Part shown: positions 29,409-42,964 of the stretch, piece by piece | Layout: every line of letters begins with the position of its first letter | Numbering within the stretch: the stretch's first letter is position 1 | From: Octopus vulgaris | Lineage: Eukaryota | NCBI GenBank assembly: GCA_951406725.2 | Contig: OX597822.1 | Span: forward strand, 44,454,001-44,518,000 | Reading direction: 5' to 3' | Length of the DNA: 64,000 nucleotides | Notes under the pieces: model-generated | Database searches by the model: none | What the model was told of the DNA's origin: nothing | The model's input: the letters and a program-made list of their open reading frames with translations, nothing else | Translations under genes and position numbers: made by a program

Positions 29409-29449
29409 TGAACCTGTGGAAGATACACTAGATGCCGAAATATCGTTCA
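29409..29449 (+). ncRNA. HHR-like motif (CUGUGGA-A core) followed by a short tandem repeat
   Basis: tgaac-CTGTGGA-A-...-GAAATATC^gttca. Stem I is tgaac/gttca and stem III is the palindrome ATAT. Stem II is weak. Confidence 0.45.
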
Positions 29450-29644
29450 CTCTAAATGAAATAGCGTTCATTTCTAGACGAAATATCGTTCATTTCTAAA
29501 TGAAATATCATTCACTATAGAAGACACACTAGATGCCGAAATAACAATACCACTCTTCTTTTCTTTTTGTTTTGATATTAATATTATCAATAATAATAAT
29601 AATAATCATTATTATTATTATTATTGTTGCTGTTGTTGTTGTTG

Positions 29645-29708
<64 letters not shown>

Positions 29709-29779
29709 TATTATTATTATTACGCCTTCGTAACACAGTGTAAGTAAAAATTCACCGGAGTCTTTAGTCATGTGTCAAT

Positions 29780-30312
29780 TCACAACATGGACCTCAGGCA
29801 GATAATACTTTCCTTTGGATGTGCGCTGTGCCCAATAAGAGATAGTATGGTGGACCCGTTTGAAAGGTCTGAAAATTGACGCTTTCCTGTTTGGCCAAGC
29901 CCCTCATCAGCTTTTTCAAGTTTCACTTGGAAAGGAAGTTGAGAGTGGAGAGGGAAGTGTTGCCTTGTAGCATGTTTGTTGAAAGGTGGGTGAATGTTGG
30001 AAGAATGGCCAGTGTGGAAGGCCCAATTCTCAACATAATAATTTCATTTATTTGCCACACGGCGAAGGATGTGGTGAGGAATCAAAAGAAAAGGGCTCTT
30101 GCTCTGTTGTTTAGGGACCTATGGCTTTTGTAAGTTTTTCCACGAGGACCTTAAAGCGCCTCCTCTATTTGGAGTTTTAAGTTGTTTAACTTTATTATCG
30201 TATTGCGTACATTCGTTAAAACCTATTGTAACGTCCTGTTTTTGTCTTTAATGTTGTTACATGTCTTTTAATGTTATTTTATGTGAGCCCTTGTGGCCAA
30301 AAAAGAATAAAT
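29780..30312 (+). mobile_element. L1/Tx1-like LINE 3' fragment
   Basis: EIVWWTRLKGLK...LISFFKFHLERKLRVEREVL..MFVERWVNVGRM, followed by a 3' UTR ending gagcccttgtggccaaaaaagaataaa and (ATT)n. Confidence 0.6.
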
Positions 30313-30326
30313 TATTATTATTATTA

Positions 30327-30400
<74 letters not shown>

Positions 30401-30416
30401 GTTGTTGTTGTTGTTG

Positions 30417-30461
<45 letters not shown>

Positions 30462-30463
<2 letters not shown>

Positions 30464-30975
30464 TCATTTAATGACCACTTTAGTGCAGTAGACGGGGACA
30501 GTGGAGTTTTCGCACAAAACAACGAGTAAACAATTAGATAAACAATAACAATAAATATCAAGAAAATGAGATCTCCCCAATTGGGTAGGGGTGACCACCC
30601 AAGTTTGGCTCAAGTACCCCACCAATCTTGAACCACCTCTCCTCAAATTTACAAGCCTACAGGCGCATTATTAGAGCAGATCCACTAACATGTTATTGGA
30701 AGGCCATTTTCGCTACATTTACCCACTTTTCAGCAAATGTACTCGGGTGGGGGGTACACATCTCCCTCCACCCTCATCTTCCTTTCCAGGTGAAAATTGA
30801 TGCAGGATTGGCCGAAGAGAAAAGTGTCTGTCTTCAGTCCTTTCAAACTGATCCACCATACAACCTCATTCGCTACTGAGAGAGGAAAATTGTCTCCCCT
30901 TCCTGGCCCAAGTAAGAGGGCGGGTCAATCGTCCCTATGGACTCGACCGGCAGCTGGATCCGTCCTACACTGGAC
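30462..30975 (-). mobile_element. Second L1/Tx1-like LINE 3' fragment, opposite orientation
   Basis: Minus strand gives VGRIQLPVESIGTIDPP...VANEVVWWISLKGLKTDTFLFGQSCINFHLERKMRVE...EKWVNVAKM, homologous to the 29780 copy. It ends at the same (AAT/ATT)n tract. Confidence 0.6.
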
Positions 30976-31399
30976 AACAATGATAATGATGAAGGTGGTG
31001 GTCGTGGTGATGAGTTTGTTAATGGTGCTGAATCCATTTGAGATGATATTAGAGATGGTGATGATGATGATGAGGATGATGTTGGTGATAGTGAGGATAA
31101 TGGCTATAGTAATGATGGCGTTTGGGATAGGGGATCATGATGATAGTTCTGATGGAAGGCTAAGTCGAACTCGGTGGAATTTGAACTCAGAACGTAGCGG
31201 TAGATGAAATACCTATTTCTTTACTACCCACAAGGGGCTAAACACAGAGAGAACAAACAAAAACAACAACAACAACAACAACAACGATAATAATAATGAT
31301 GATGATGGTAATTTCATTTATTTGCCACAGGGCGAAGGATGTGGTGGGGAATATAAACAGACAATAATAATAATGACGATGATATGCTACTCCTGTAAG

Positions 31400-31462
31400 A
31401 ATTGCGATTGCTACTGCAACTAATACTACTATTAATACTACTACTACTACTACTACTACTAC

Positions 31463-31494
<32 letters not shown>

Positions 31495-31756
31495 CTATTA
31501 TTATTATTACAACTACTATTACTATTATTATTACTACTATTACTACTATTATTACTACTACTACTACTACTACTTCTACTACTACTATTACTACTATTAC
31601 TACTACTACTATTATTACTACTACTACTACTACTATTAATACTACTACTATTACTATTATTATTACTACTACTATTACTACTATTATTACTACTACTAAT
31701 ATTACTACTACTACTACTTCTACTACTACTATTGCTACTATTACTACTACTACTAT

Positions 31757-31813
<57 letters not shown>

Positions 31814-31835
31814 AATTACTACTTCTACTACTACC
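31400..31835. repeat. Compound (TAC)/(TAT)/(TAG) repeat
   Basis: Directly visible. Confidence 0.95.
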
Positions 31836-32334
31836 ATGGATCCCACTAACGCTGCTGCTGCTGCATCTTTTACTGGATCACTCCCGATTTTCCTCACTGC
31901 CTCCTGGGATTTGTAGTTCATTAACGGAACATGATGTAAATATTCCTATGAGGGAAGCAAACCTTCGAAGCCGTTCTTTAGGAAGCTGGGGGGGGGGGGA
32001 ACCAACAACAAATACAAAATATCCAACAATTAAAACAGCAACAGCAACAACAACAACAACAACTATTACAACAATATTACTATTAGAACAACAACATCGA
32101 CGACGACGACGACGAAGAAGACAGTAACAACAGCAACAACAACTACAACAGGAACAGTTGAAACTTTCGACGCAAATAGAATTACTGTGAACGTCAGTAG
32201 CTGGAATATACGGTGTTATGAAGAATAGGAGGGAAAAGCGAGAGGATGATGATGATGATGATGATGATTATGATGATGATGGTGGTGGTGGTGACGATGA
32301 GGATGATGATGATGAAGATGGTGATGATGATGAA

Positions 32335-32385
<51 letters not shown>

Positions 32386-32926
32386 AATGATGACGATGGT
32401 GATGGCGGTGGTGGTGGTGGTGGTGATGGTGATGTTGACGACGACGATATGCATACAAAAATTGTTGATGTTGATGTTGAAATTTCAATAAAGGTACCTT
32501 GGATCTAGGTTAGAAACAGGTTCTTTCGCTGTTGGCAAGAAATCTTGAAATAAAACTTAATAATGACATACATACTTGCACGCATACATACATACATAAT
32601 ACATACAAACATACACACTCTTATGTGGCCATACTCTCCTGCATACATACATGCATGCATACATACATACATACATACATACATACATACATACATACAT
32701 ACATCAACATACATAAATCAACAAGTCAACTCACACATTACAAATACAACCTGTAAGTGGAACAATTAATATATGCAAGACTTTTCCCAAGTTTGAAATG
32801 TGACGATGTTTTGTTATGTACATTCAAACGAGAGAGTTTTGTATTTATATTAGAAGCTAGCTCCTTGCTCGGAGGAAGAACTTAAATAATTTAAAACAGA
32901 ATGCAACATACATACATTCATGCATA

Positions 32927-32982
<56 letters not shown>

Positions 32983-33077
32983 TTCATATATATATATATT
33001 TATATACCGGAGTAAACACATAAATGTGAAACAAGGTGGAAAAAAGAGTACTCAAATACCAGTGGTAGAGTAATATG

Positions 33078-33230
33078 CTTTATTTTAAGCAGCAGAAAAT
33101 TCAACAAAATCTGTTACTCTGAGTTTCTCGTTGCCGTTCATCAGACAGTTTTTGAAAAACTGTCTGATGAACGGCAACGAGAAACTCAGAGTAACAGATT
33201 TTGTTGAATTTTCTGCTGCTTAAAATAAAG
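33078..33230. repeat. Perfect palindrome (76-bp arms, 1-nt centre at 33154) in an element inserted in (TA)n
   Basis: The arms are exact reverse complements. The left side extends unpaired to about 33007, and (TA)n lies on both flanks. Confidence 0.95.
33160..33197 (+). ncRNA. Type I hammerhead ribozyme; mirror copy on the minus strand at 33111-33148
   Basis: ctgt-CTGATGA-a-cg(GCAA)cg-a-GAAA-ctc(a)gag-TA^acag. The core is canonical, stem II has a GNRA loop, and stem III has a 1-nt loop. Confidence 0.85.
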
Positions 33231-34233
33231 TATATATTTATATATATATATATATATATATGTTGTGTGTGTGTGTGTGTGTGTGTGTGAATACATGCAT
33301 ACATATATACACGTTGTATTTGTAGCAAAAAGACGTTGTTCTCAAGAATGAAGAGTTTAAAAGATAAAAGTGCAACATCGGGTGATATTATGCGGAATAG
33401 GGAGAGATTAGGAACTTGTGCGACAGATGGTGCTATAAGTGCGCATGCGCAATTGTTTCGAAAGATCGTGTATCTTTTGTGTGAGTCACTTTGTATGTAT
33501 GTGCGTGTGTATGTATGTATATATGTGTGTATGTATGTATATATGTGTGCATGTATGTATATATGTGTGTGTATGTATGTATATGCATGTGTGTGTATAT
33601 AGTATGTATGTGCATATGTGCGTATGTGTATGTATGTATGTTTGTAAGCGTGTGTGTCTGAATGTATGTATATATGTATTATGTGTTTATGTACGTATGC
33701 ATTATGTACTCGTGTATGTATGTGTGTGTATGCATGTATATATGTATGTATGCATGTGTATGTATGTCTGTGTGTATGTGCGTATGTATGTGTGTATGTA
33801 TGTATGTAAGCGTTTGTGTCTGTATGCATGCATGTATGTATGCATGTATATACGCGTGTATGTATGTGTGTGTATGTATGTGCGCTGGTGTACATGATTA
33901 CCTGTTCGTATCTGTGATTGTGTGCCATGGCTTCAAATTTATATATTTCTGTGCGTTAGTGCGTGCATCTGTGCGTGCGTGCATGTATGTGTGCATTTGA
34001 GTATGTGTGTGCGATTTTGTGTGTGTACGCGTGTGTGTGTGTGTGTGTGGTGCATGTACATCTAAATCCGTGTGGTCGGGTGTATTACCGTATCCTTGAC
34101 TATTGTCCCATCATTGTGTTTGCTCTCGTGTGTAAGTGTCAAGATGGAGCATGTCCATGTATTCGTGTGATTGTGTATTGGTGTGTATACTTGATTGGCG
34201 TTGTGAGTGCATGAGAGAGTTTTGCGTGTGCGC

Positions 34234-34330
<97 letters not shown>

Positions 34331-34369
34331 TGTGTGTGCATGTGTACGTGTCTATATATAGATTTTTTG

Positions 34370-34540
34370 TTCATTTCCTCCCTGTTTATTTTCTTTTATT
34401 CCTTTCTGTTGAAGAGCGTATGCTCGAAACGTAAAAGACTTTCTCACCTTCCCGAGCGTCAAACTAATACACTTATTTGTTCACACACCTTTCTTCGTCT
34501 TTTGTTCTTCTATAAAATTCCGCTACATGTACTATAAATA
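34370..34540 (+). mobile_element. Family A short HHR-bearing element (HHR at 34402-34437)
   Basis: cttt-CTGTTGA-A-gagc(gtat)gctc-GAAAC-GTA^aaag, followed by the conserved family tail cccgagcgt.aaactaataca. Confidence 0.7.
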
Positions 34541-34665
34541 TGAGGTGTGTGTGTCTACTGAAAACTTATGTACGAGTGTGTTGACCATACATATACTGAG
34601 TGAATATTACGCGAGTGTTGAGGGTGTATGCACAATATGTATACATGTATGTATATATATGTTTG

Positions 34666-34752
<87 letters not shown>

Positions 34753-34755
34753 ATA

Positions 34756-35998
34756 CAAGGTACGTAAGGTATTTAAGGACATAACTTTGTTGGGGGTCAT
34801 TGCCGCATTTTTTGCTAACTCTGTTTAATCTTTGTTTCAGAAAATAATAATTGCAGACCTTCAGCTTACTCAAGAAATGGAGAGGCATGTTGTTATTGTG
34901 ATTATAAATGCTGAACATAGCGATTTAGAAATATTTTGATTTTTAAACGTTACCATATTTTTGTCTACAAATTTTGTAAGGAGATAGGGAGTGAAGATGG
35001 AGACATATTACCAGTATGAAAGCCTAAAAAGCATTCTGAATGCTCTGAAGTCATCAGAACACCTTAATTTACCCAGCAAGTTCAACAGACCATTGATTAC
35101 AATCCCAGAAAGTCCATGAGGTCAATTGCAAAAGATCTCCATGAAAGGAAAAGTCAAAGATGTTGTCTACGGAGACATCAGAAATAAGCCTTATGTGATG
35201 AGGAAAGGTCAATTTGTCAGAAAAAGTAAATCACCACATCAGATCTAAAAGGCTCTTAAACAAACTGCAAAATCCAGCAGAAGATTTTTTTGGGGTTTTC
35301 TCAAACGAGTAAAACTTCGATCAAGATCAAAAACTTAACAGAAGAAATGACAGATGGTTATGTGCAGACCCTTCTGAAGTTACAAGTGTTATGCATACAA
35401 AGTTTCCTGCAACTGTCATGGTCTTAGGGATTGTCAGCAATGAAGGACATGTGATGCTTCCTTACTTCTTTCCACAAGGTCTTAGAGTTCACTCTGTCGC
35501 CTACATTGAGGTCCTGGAAACAAATGTTAAGCCCTGGATAGATAGTGTATGCAATGGAAGGCCATATGTGTTTCGGTAAGACTCTGTACTATAACATATG
35601 GCTCTAGTAACACAGAAATGGATGGCTGAAAATTTTCATGATCACATAACCCCTAACATTTGGCCTCCTAATTCCCCAGATCTCAATCCACTGGACTATT
35701 ACATGTGGAGCGCTTTTGAGAGAGAGGTCAATGAACACGCCCATAAAACCAATGATTCTTTGAAAGCTGCCATTGTCAGAGTAATGTCCAAAATGAACCA
35801 GGACCACTTGATTCGAGCATGTAGATGATTTAGATCTCATATAGAAGCAGTTGTTGAAGCTGAGAGTAGCTTTATTGAATAACATTATAGAAAAGAAGGT
35901 TTATTTTTATCCACACAATTTTTTAATAAATAGTTTTCTGTTATTATATGTGTTTTTTTATAAACATAAATCTGTCCTTAAATTTCTTACCAACCCTA
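34756..35998 (+). mobile_element. Decayed DD37D (maT-type) Tc1/mariner transposon
   Basis: Imperfect TIRs (caaggtacgtaaggtatttaaggaca and tgtccttaaatttcttaccaacccta) with TA flanks. The transposase remnant reads ...NRRNDRWL...KFPATVMVLGIVSNEG...GRPYVFR*DS...WPPNSPDLNPLDYY, with 37 residues between the 2nd and 3rd D. It contains stops and frameshifts. Confidence 0.9.
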
Positions 35999-37267
35999 TA
36001 TATATATATATATATATATATGTAAATATATATATATAAATGTATGTATGTACATGTGTGTATGTGTGTTTTATATATATGTATACGCGTGTGTGAGTGC
36101 ATGTGTATGCACGTGAATAAGCATGTGTCTATGAGTGGCGTTTGTTTTGTATATGTATATGGCTTGTGTCGTGTCTGTATATGTATGAGATGTGTTTGAA
36201 TGGATTTTGTGTTGTGTGCTTTTTGGCGTATGTGTGCGCGTGTGTGTGTGTGTTTATGTTTGTTTCAACATTTGCAAAAGCAAATATATGAATCATTGCA
36301 GCTGCTGCGATTGATTGAACATGTACCAATACCATCATCACCACCACAACCAGCACCACCACTGCCTTCATCATCGTTTTTGTCATTGTCATCATGTTAG
36401 TGGTGGTCCTCATCATAGTAATGCTGCTGCTGATGGTGATGACGTCGCCGCTGCCGACGACAACGACGATAATGATGATTATGATGATCATGATGATCAT
36501 GATGATCATGACGATGATGATGGTGATGATAATGGCGACGACGATGAGGGCGGTGACGTCACGACGACGACAGGACGACGACAATGGCGATAGTAATATC
36601 GGACCTGGTTATGATGGTGGTGATGAAGGTGGTGAGAACCTGAAAGCAAGATGACAGGCAATGAGCACGATGTCTCTGTCACTGATAATGAGATAATGAT
36701 GATGATGATGATGATGACGACGACGATGATGATGATGATGATGCTAAACTTTGCCATTTCAAATTAATCTGCAAGAAATACTTTGCAATAAAATACAGCA
36801 ATATTGCATTTAGTGCCAGGAATATTACGACACAGTGATATTCAAAATTCGACAATTCCGTAGAATCGTGCTGCTAGGAATTATATATATGCTACATATA
36901 CTCCCCACGCACACAGATACACACTCGCATAAAAGCGAGTGACAAGAAATGGGTGTGTTATAAAACTATTCTGCACATACAATAACGGCCATACCAACAA
37001 TCTAATATACCTCCATCATAAGCTGCCACACGGATATCACTATTGTTTCGACACCTGGGCAGTACCATTCAATCCGGTGGAGACATCACTAAAATAAGTC
37101 TTGTTTGGGAACAAACATATCTTGGATATCACCACATTCATTCACTCTTAACTCTTGGAATGATTAAACACTAACATTGTTAATTAAATTACAACAAAGA
37201 AACCACATTTACCCTAAGGGCAAAAACAGTATCGATATAAATATATGTGCGTGTGTTTATACATACA

Positions 37268-37329
<62 letters not shown>

Positions 37330-37877
37330 CGTGTGTGTGTATACAAAAATGTAAATACATCTATATATATATGGTGGTTATCTACTCCTTATGCAGAGTT
37401 TGGCAACCTCCTGTAGCTACACATTAGAACCATCATAGCATCGGATGAGACGTTTTAAACCAGATAACGATTTGATAAGACACCCACCTAGATTGCATAT
37501 CTGATTCAGACTACCTAGAGTTGCAGTTAAGTTCTGAACTTCGTGGATCTTAAAATGTCTTTTGAGGTCTCCGTCAGATTTGCAAACCTTCTGGCATGCA
37601 TTGCATTGAAAGGTCAGCACAGACATACAGGCAGAATTGTATATATATGCATACACACAGAGACACACACTAGTACACACAACCACATACATATGTACGT
37701 ATATATATATATATATATATATATAAATGTATGTATAACAGGATACAGGATACACGGTGGTATAATATATCTAGAACTCTCTGGAAGTTCAGCGTTTTGT
37801 CGAATTGCGTCTATTTTCTATGAAACACTGTGTAGCAGACATGTTCTTTGGTTCGTATCTTTTCTACAGACATCCAC

Positions 37878-38050
37878 ACACAACCGATGTTGGTGTGTTT
37901 ACGTCCGGGTAACTTAGCGGTAAGGCAAAAAAGGCCGATAGAATAAGTACTAGGCTTCCAAAAAATAAGTCCTGGAGTCGATTTGTTCGACTAAAGGCGG
38001 TGCTCTAGCATGGCCGCAGTCAGATGACTGAAACAAGTAAAAGATTGAAA
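37878..38050 (+). mobile_element. SINE family 1, 3' half
   Basis: Homology to the tail half. Confidence 0.82.
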
Positions 38051-38081
38051 GAATACAAGAAAGACTATATGAGTGTGTATC

Positions 38082-38159
<78 letters not shown>

Positions 38160-38188
38160 GTAGGTAGGTAGGTAGGTAGGTAGGTAGG

Positions 38189-38267
<79 letters not shown>

Positions 38268-38583
38268 TGCTTGTATTCCCAGTCATATAATTTCACCATT
38301 AGGATGCAATTAATAATTGCTACATCTGACAATTGTTTTATTCGAATATGCAAAGTTGTTAATTACCTTGGAGTTTCTTTCGGTAGTAATTACCTTTATA
38401 ATATGTTTGTCTTGGATGGAGACATATATGATGGTGGTATGGCGGTGGGCAACATTAATTACACTTGTCAGTTATACTAATTAATTACCTTGGCCGAGGG
38501 TTATCATACTGCAGCGCAGTTAATTCTGTTGTGTGAGGATCAAATTCTGTCCTGCTTCAGAATTGGAGAATTATTGTTATTGC

Positions 38584-38653
<70 letters not shown>

Positions 38654-38739
38654 CATCATTATTAGCTCTATTTTTATTATTAATATGAATATAACCATTA
38701 TTACTATTATTATTGTTGTTGTTGTTATTGTTGTTGTAA

Positions 38740-38961
38740 AGGAGGAGGAGGAGGGGAGGAGTAAAAGGAAGAAGGGAGAGGAGGAGGAGGAGGAGGAAGG
38801 AAGAAGAAGAAGAAGAAGAAAAAGAAGAAGAAAGAGGAGGAGGGGAGGAGAAGAAGGAGGAGGAGGAGGAGAAGAAGAAGAAGGAGGAGGAGGAGGAGAA
38901 GAAGAAGAAGAAGAAGAAGAAGAAGAAGAAGAAGAAGAAGAAGAAGAAGAAGAAAAAGAAG
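38740..38961. repeat. Polypurine (GAG)/(GAA) repeat
   Basis: Directly visible. Confidence 0.95.
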
Positions 38962-38963
38962 AC

Positions 38964-39508
38964 TGATTTGTTTTCATAACTGACCCGATGCAGTACCATG
39001 CAGTGACTCTCATGGCTTCTCAACTGATTGGAAGTGTTATCATGTACAGTGTTTTGTCTTGGTACAAAAGATGGGCTAACATCAAATATTCTGCTCAATA
39101 CCACAGATTTGCTTGTCAGTAGTTTGACCTTAACCAATTGAGCATGTCCCTTAGTGACTGGCGATATGTGCATCTCTGATCACCAGCAGAAGTAGTGGGA
39201 GAAATCCTCTGTTGATTTGAAATTTCACCTTTGGAAACCTGGATGTTTCGTTCAACATCCTTAAACAACTCTTATTCAGGGACCTTTTGAGCGGGATGAC
39301 CTACTCGACCTGAAGAGAATTCTAACTGGGCCCCACCTGCATGGTCATGCGCTGTCTATCTTGGTATGAGAACACTATGTCGCGCACTTATGGTTGTGAT
39401 GCATGAGCCTGGTGTACCCTTATCAGACAAGTAATCATGATAGGTATACTGGGCTTCGTATATTTGTACCCCAATGTCAATTTGATGGCATACGCTGTTC
39501 TCTCACTC

Positions 39509-39545
<37 letters not shown>
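38964..39545 (+). mobile_element. LINE-like 3' UTR fragment with (TAA)n tail
   Basis: The 3' ~120 bp recur in reverse at 56411-56525, also next to (ATT)n. Confidence 0.55.
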
Positions 39546-39547
<2 letters not shown>

Positions 39548-40340
39548 TAGAAAAGCACTCGGAGAGCGCAGTCCTCCGCCAAGCAGCTCATTTCCGCCCA
39601 TCTACACGCATGCTGAAAATCTCTCAATTTCCCAAACCAGCGCCGGCCAAACCATAACCTCCTTATCGGGGGTATAAACAAATAAGTTAGCCATACGATT
39701 TTAAGAAAAAAATCCCTTTAAAAACAGGAATCATCTGCACCAGTTCACAACCACCAACATCACCAGCAGCATTGTCTTTGCTTCCACATCAACCACATAC
39801 ACCGCCATCAATATTATCATGACGGTTACCTTAACAGTCACTTTTACCACCACAATCAGTATAGCCACTTCAGTACCACCATCACACAACTAGCACTATC
39901 ATCAACACCACTATTACCACCATCACCTCAGCATCACACATCACACCGCTCCTGTCACCATTATAACCACCGATACTATTTTATCCTCCTCCCATACTTC
40001 TCTCGACCATCGTCGTCAACACTGTCTCTAAACAGCAACGCCACCATAGGTTACGTGGAAACGACGTGTTTTCAAGGAAGATAATCAAAGAACGTAACAT
40101 TGTAATACTTCATGTAAAATAACATTGTATACTTCATGTAAAGTAAATATAAATCCTTCAAGAATGCATAAAAATTCCCGAATCACTACCAACATTTCAT
40201 CATCTTTTCCTTGTGTCATTATCAACTTTTCTTCCTAGTTTCATCAAATACCGTTCACAACTTTTTGAGTTATTTTGCACACAGACGGAGAGACCGACAA
40301 ACAAACGCCAATGAAAACATAACTTCCTTCCTTGGCGGAG

Positions 40341-40343
<3 letters not shown>
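39546..40343. mobile_element. Helentron-associated (HINE/DINE-1-like) non-autonomous element
   Basis: It begins actagaaaagcactcggagagcgcag and has the subterminal inverted repeat ctccgccaag (39574-39583) / cttggcggag (40331-40340). An ACAG/ACAA-type microsatellite lies near the end. It is inserted in (AAT)n. Confidence 0.6.
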
Positions 40344-40424
<81 letters not shown>

Positions 40425-40644
40425 TCATTATTAATATGAAATTAAATATAATTTATTTTCCCATTAAAATGTAGCCCAGAAATATGTGCTAGCTTTAATG
40501 TGTCAAACTTAATTAAGTACTTCTCGACAGAATCAGTCATAAAACCTGATATTTTCTTGTCAAAACCTGTGTCAGATCACCAAGATCCTCATCAATAACC
40601 ATCTTTCAACCTGCTGCAGAAGATATTATCGTTGCATTTAAAAC

Positions 40645-40671
40645 TATCATTATTATTATTATTATTATTAC

Positions 40672-40755
<84 letters not shown>

Positions 40756-40783
40756 TTTTATTATTATTATTAGTAGTAGTAGT

Positions 40784-40827
<44 letters not shown>

Positions 40828-40835
40828 CATTATCA

Positions 40836-40884
<49 letters not shown>

Positions 40885-41052
40885 GTTTTTCATTATCATC
40901 ATTAGTATTAGTGTTATTATTATCATTGCTATTATTACAATTATTATTATTACTAATTATATTTTATTAGTTATCAGTTTCATTACTATCACTATCATTA
41001 TTATTATCACCATTATTATTATTATTATCACCATTATTATTATTATTATCAC

Positions 41053-41107
<55 letters not shown>

Positions 41108-41110
41108 GGA
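40645..41110. repeat. (ATT)n-dominated repeat
   Basis: Directly visible. Confidence 0.95.
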
Positions 41111-42287
41111 AATGACTATTATTAATTAGAAAGAAATATGAACATTATTAGTATTCCTATTCGTACTATTGTTGAGATTATCATTATTTTGCTCTCCTTA
41201 CTACTACTACTACTATTACTACTTTTATTATTGCTGTTGTTATTGTTGTTGTCGTTGTTGTTGTTATTTCTATTTATTTTTTCGTTCATGTGTATGGGAG
41301 GAAGAACGATTTTTTTGTTTGCTTTCACTCCTTTTTATTTTTGATGTTGTTTTCTTTATTGCCGTAGTTGTAGTAGTAGTAGTAGTTGTTGTTGTTGTTG
41401 TTGCTGTATTCATTGTTGTTGTTTTTGATCTTGTTGTTTTGATGGCTTCTTTTGGGGTTTTTTTTTTTAGTTTTTGTTTGTTATTTTTCTTTTCATTTCT
41501 AGCGACTGGAGGTTACTCGAAAATACGCGAATGAGGAATGATGACGTTTCGATTTATTGGACTGAGAGAGAAAAAAAATATTATAACATCGATGTGATTC
41601 TTGCGTTTTTTTGTTGTTGTTTTTTTTTCATTCTATGCTGAGATTGCCCTTGTAGTCTTTTTCTTTCATGTGCGGCAAACGCCATTCCCCGTCCATGAAT
41701 TGCACCCTGACACCACCGCTATCGCTACCGCCCACCGAAATCTCTGATGTGGGAAGGTGAAAAACTAAGAGCACAGATCAGACAACGTTACTGGAGAATC
41801 TAGTGTTTGATTTTCTCTTTTATTATATTTATAATATTATTCACATCGAAATTTTGCTGAATTGGGCGAAAATGTAAGACGCGGTTGAGCAATGAACATA
41901 AAATCGTTGATGTCTATATTTACCTTCTTTTCTTATATGAGTTCAAACACGACCCAGTTCGATTTTACATATCATTGAAAAAATATACGCCAGTCACGTT
42001 TTGAGATCGAATTTAATTAGCTATACTATTTCTCACGCCATAATTGTAAACTTGTATATGAAATCCACATTAATAACGTAGAGAAGAACGGTGAAAATCC
42101 GACAAATTGGTATAGGGCTAATGACCAAAATGGTTTAATGTGTTTATTAAACCTTGTACTTATAAACTCAGACACCGCCGAGACCCTCTCTGCCATTCTT
42201 TTTTGCTGGCAAGGTTAAATTAGGTACCAGTAGATTACTAAAGGTTATATGTATTGAGACTAAGTCAACAATCCTCTATTATTTATA

Positions 42288-42693
42288 GGCGCAGTAGTGG
42301 CTGTGTGGTAAGTAGCTTGCTTACCAACCACATGGTTCCGGGTTCAGTCCCACTGCGGGGCGCCTTGGGCAAGTGTCTTCTACTATAGCCTTGGGCCGAC
42401 TAAAGCCTTGTGAGTGGATTTGCTAGACGGAAACTGAAAAGAAGCCCGTTGTATATATATATATGTGTGTGTATGTGTGTGTGTGTGTCTGAGATCCCCC
42501 CCAAAAAAAAACATCGCTTGACAACCGATGCTGGTGTGTTTACGTCCCCGTCACTAAGCGGTTCGGCAAAAGAGACCAATAGAATAAGTACTAGGCTTAC
42601 AAAGAATAAGTCCTGGGGTCGATTTGCTCGGCTAAAAGTGGTGCTCTAGCATGGCCGCAGTCAAATGACTGAAACGAATAAAAGAATAAAAGA
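42288..42693 (+). mobile_element. SINE family 1, full length; a second degraded head lies at about 42790-42942
   Basis: Near-consensus copy. Confidence 0.92.
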
Positions 42694-42964
42694 ATGTGGA
42701 GTGTATTGGATCAGCAGATCTATTAGAGGGATGAACAAGGTGGCTGCAGAAGTGGTAGGAGCGGTAGAAAGTGGGGCAAGGAGCAAAAATTACTGCGTAG
42801 TAAAAATCTGCTTCCCAGCGACTTGATTCTGGGTTCAGTCCCACTACGTGGAACCTTGATCAGATAGCTTCTTCTATAATCTTGGACTGAGCCAAGCCTT
42901 GTGAATGTATTTGATAGACGGACACTGAAAGAAGTCCGTCGTTTATTGCTAGCCAGAAAACCTG

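Noticed and set aside
29437-29520. CRISPR-like appearance of short repeats
   Set aside because: The units are directly tandem with no unique spacers, the context is eukaryotic, and there are no cas genes.
37417-37620. C2H2-like peptide CNACQKVCKSDGDLKRHFKIH in minus-strand ORF 37417-37755
   Set aside because: A single zinc-finger-like motif followed by a decayed second one, between microsatellites. It is more likely a LINE C-terminal relic than a host exon and is not supportable as a gene.
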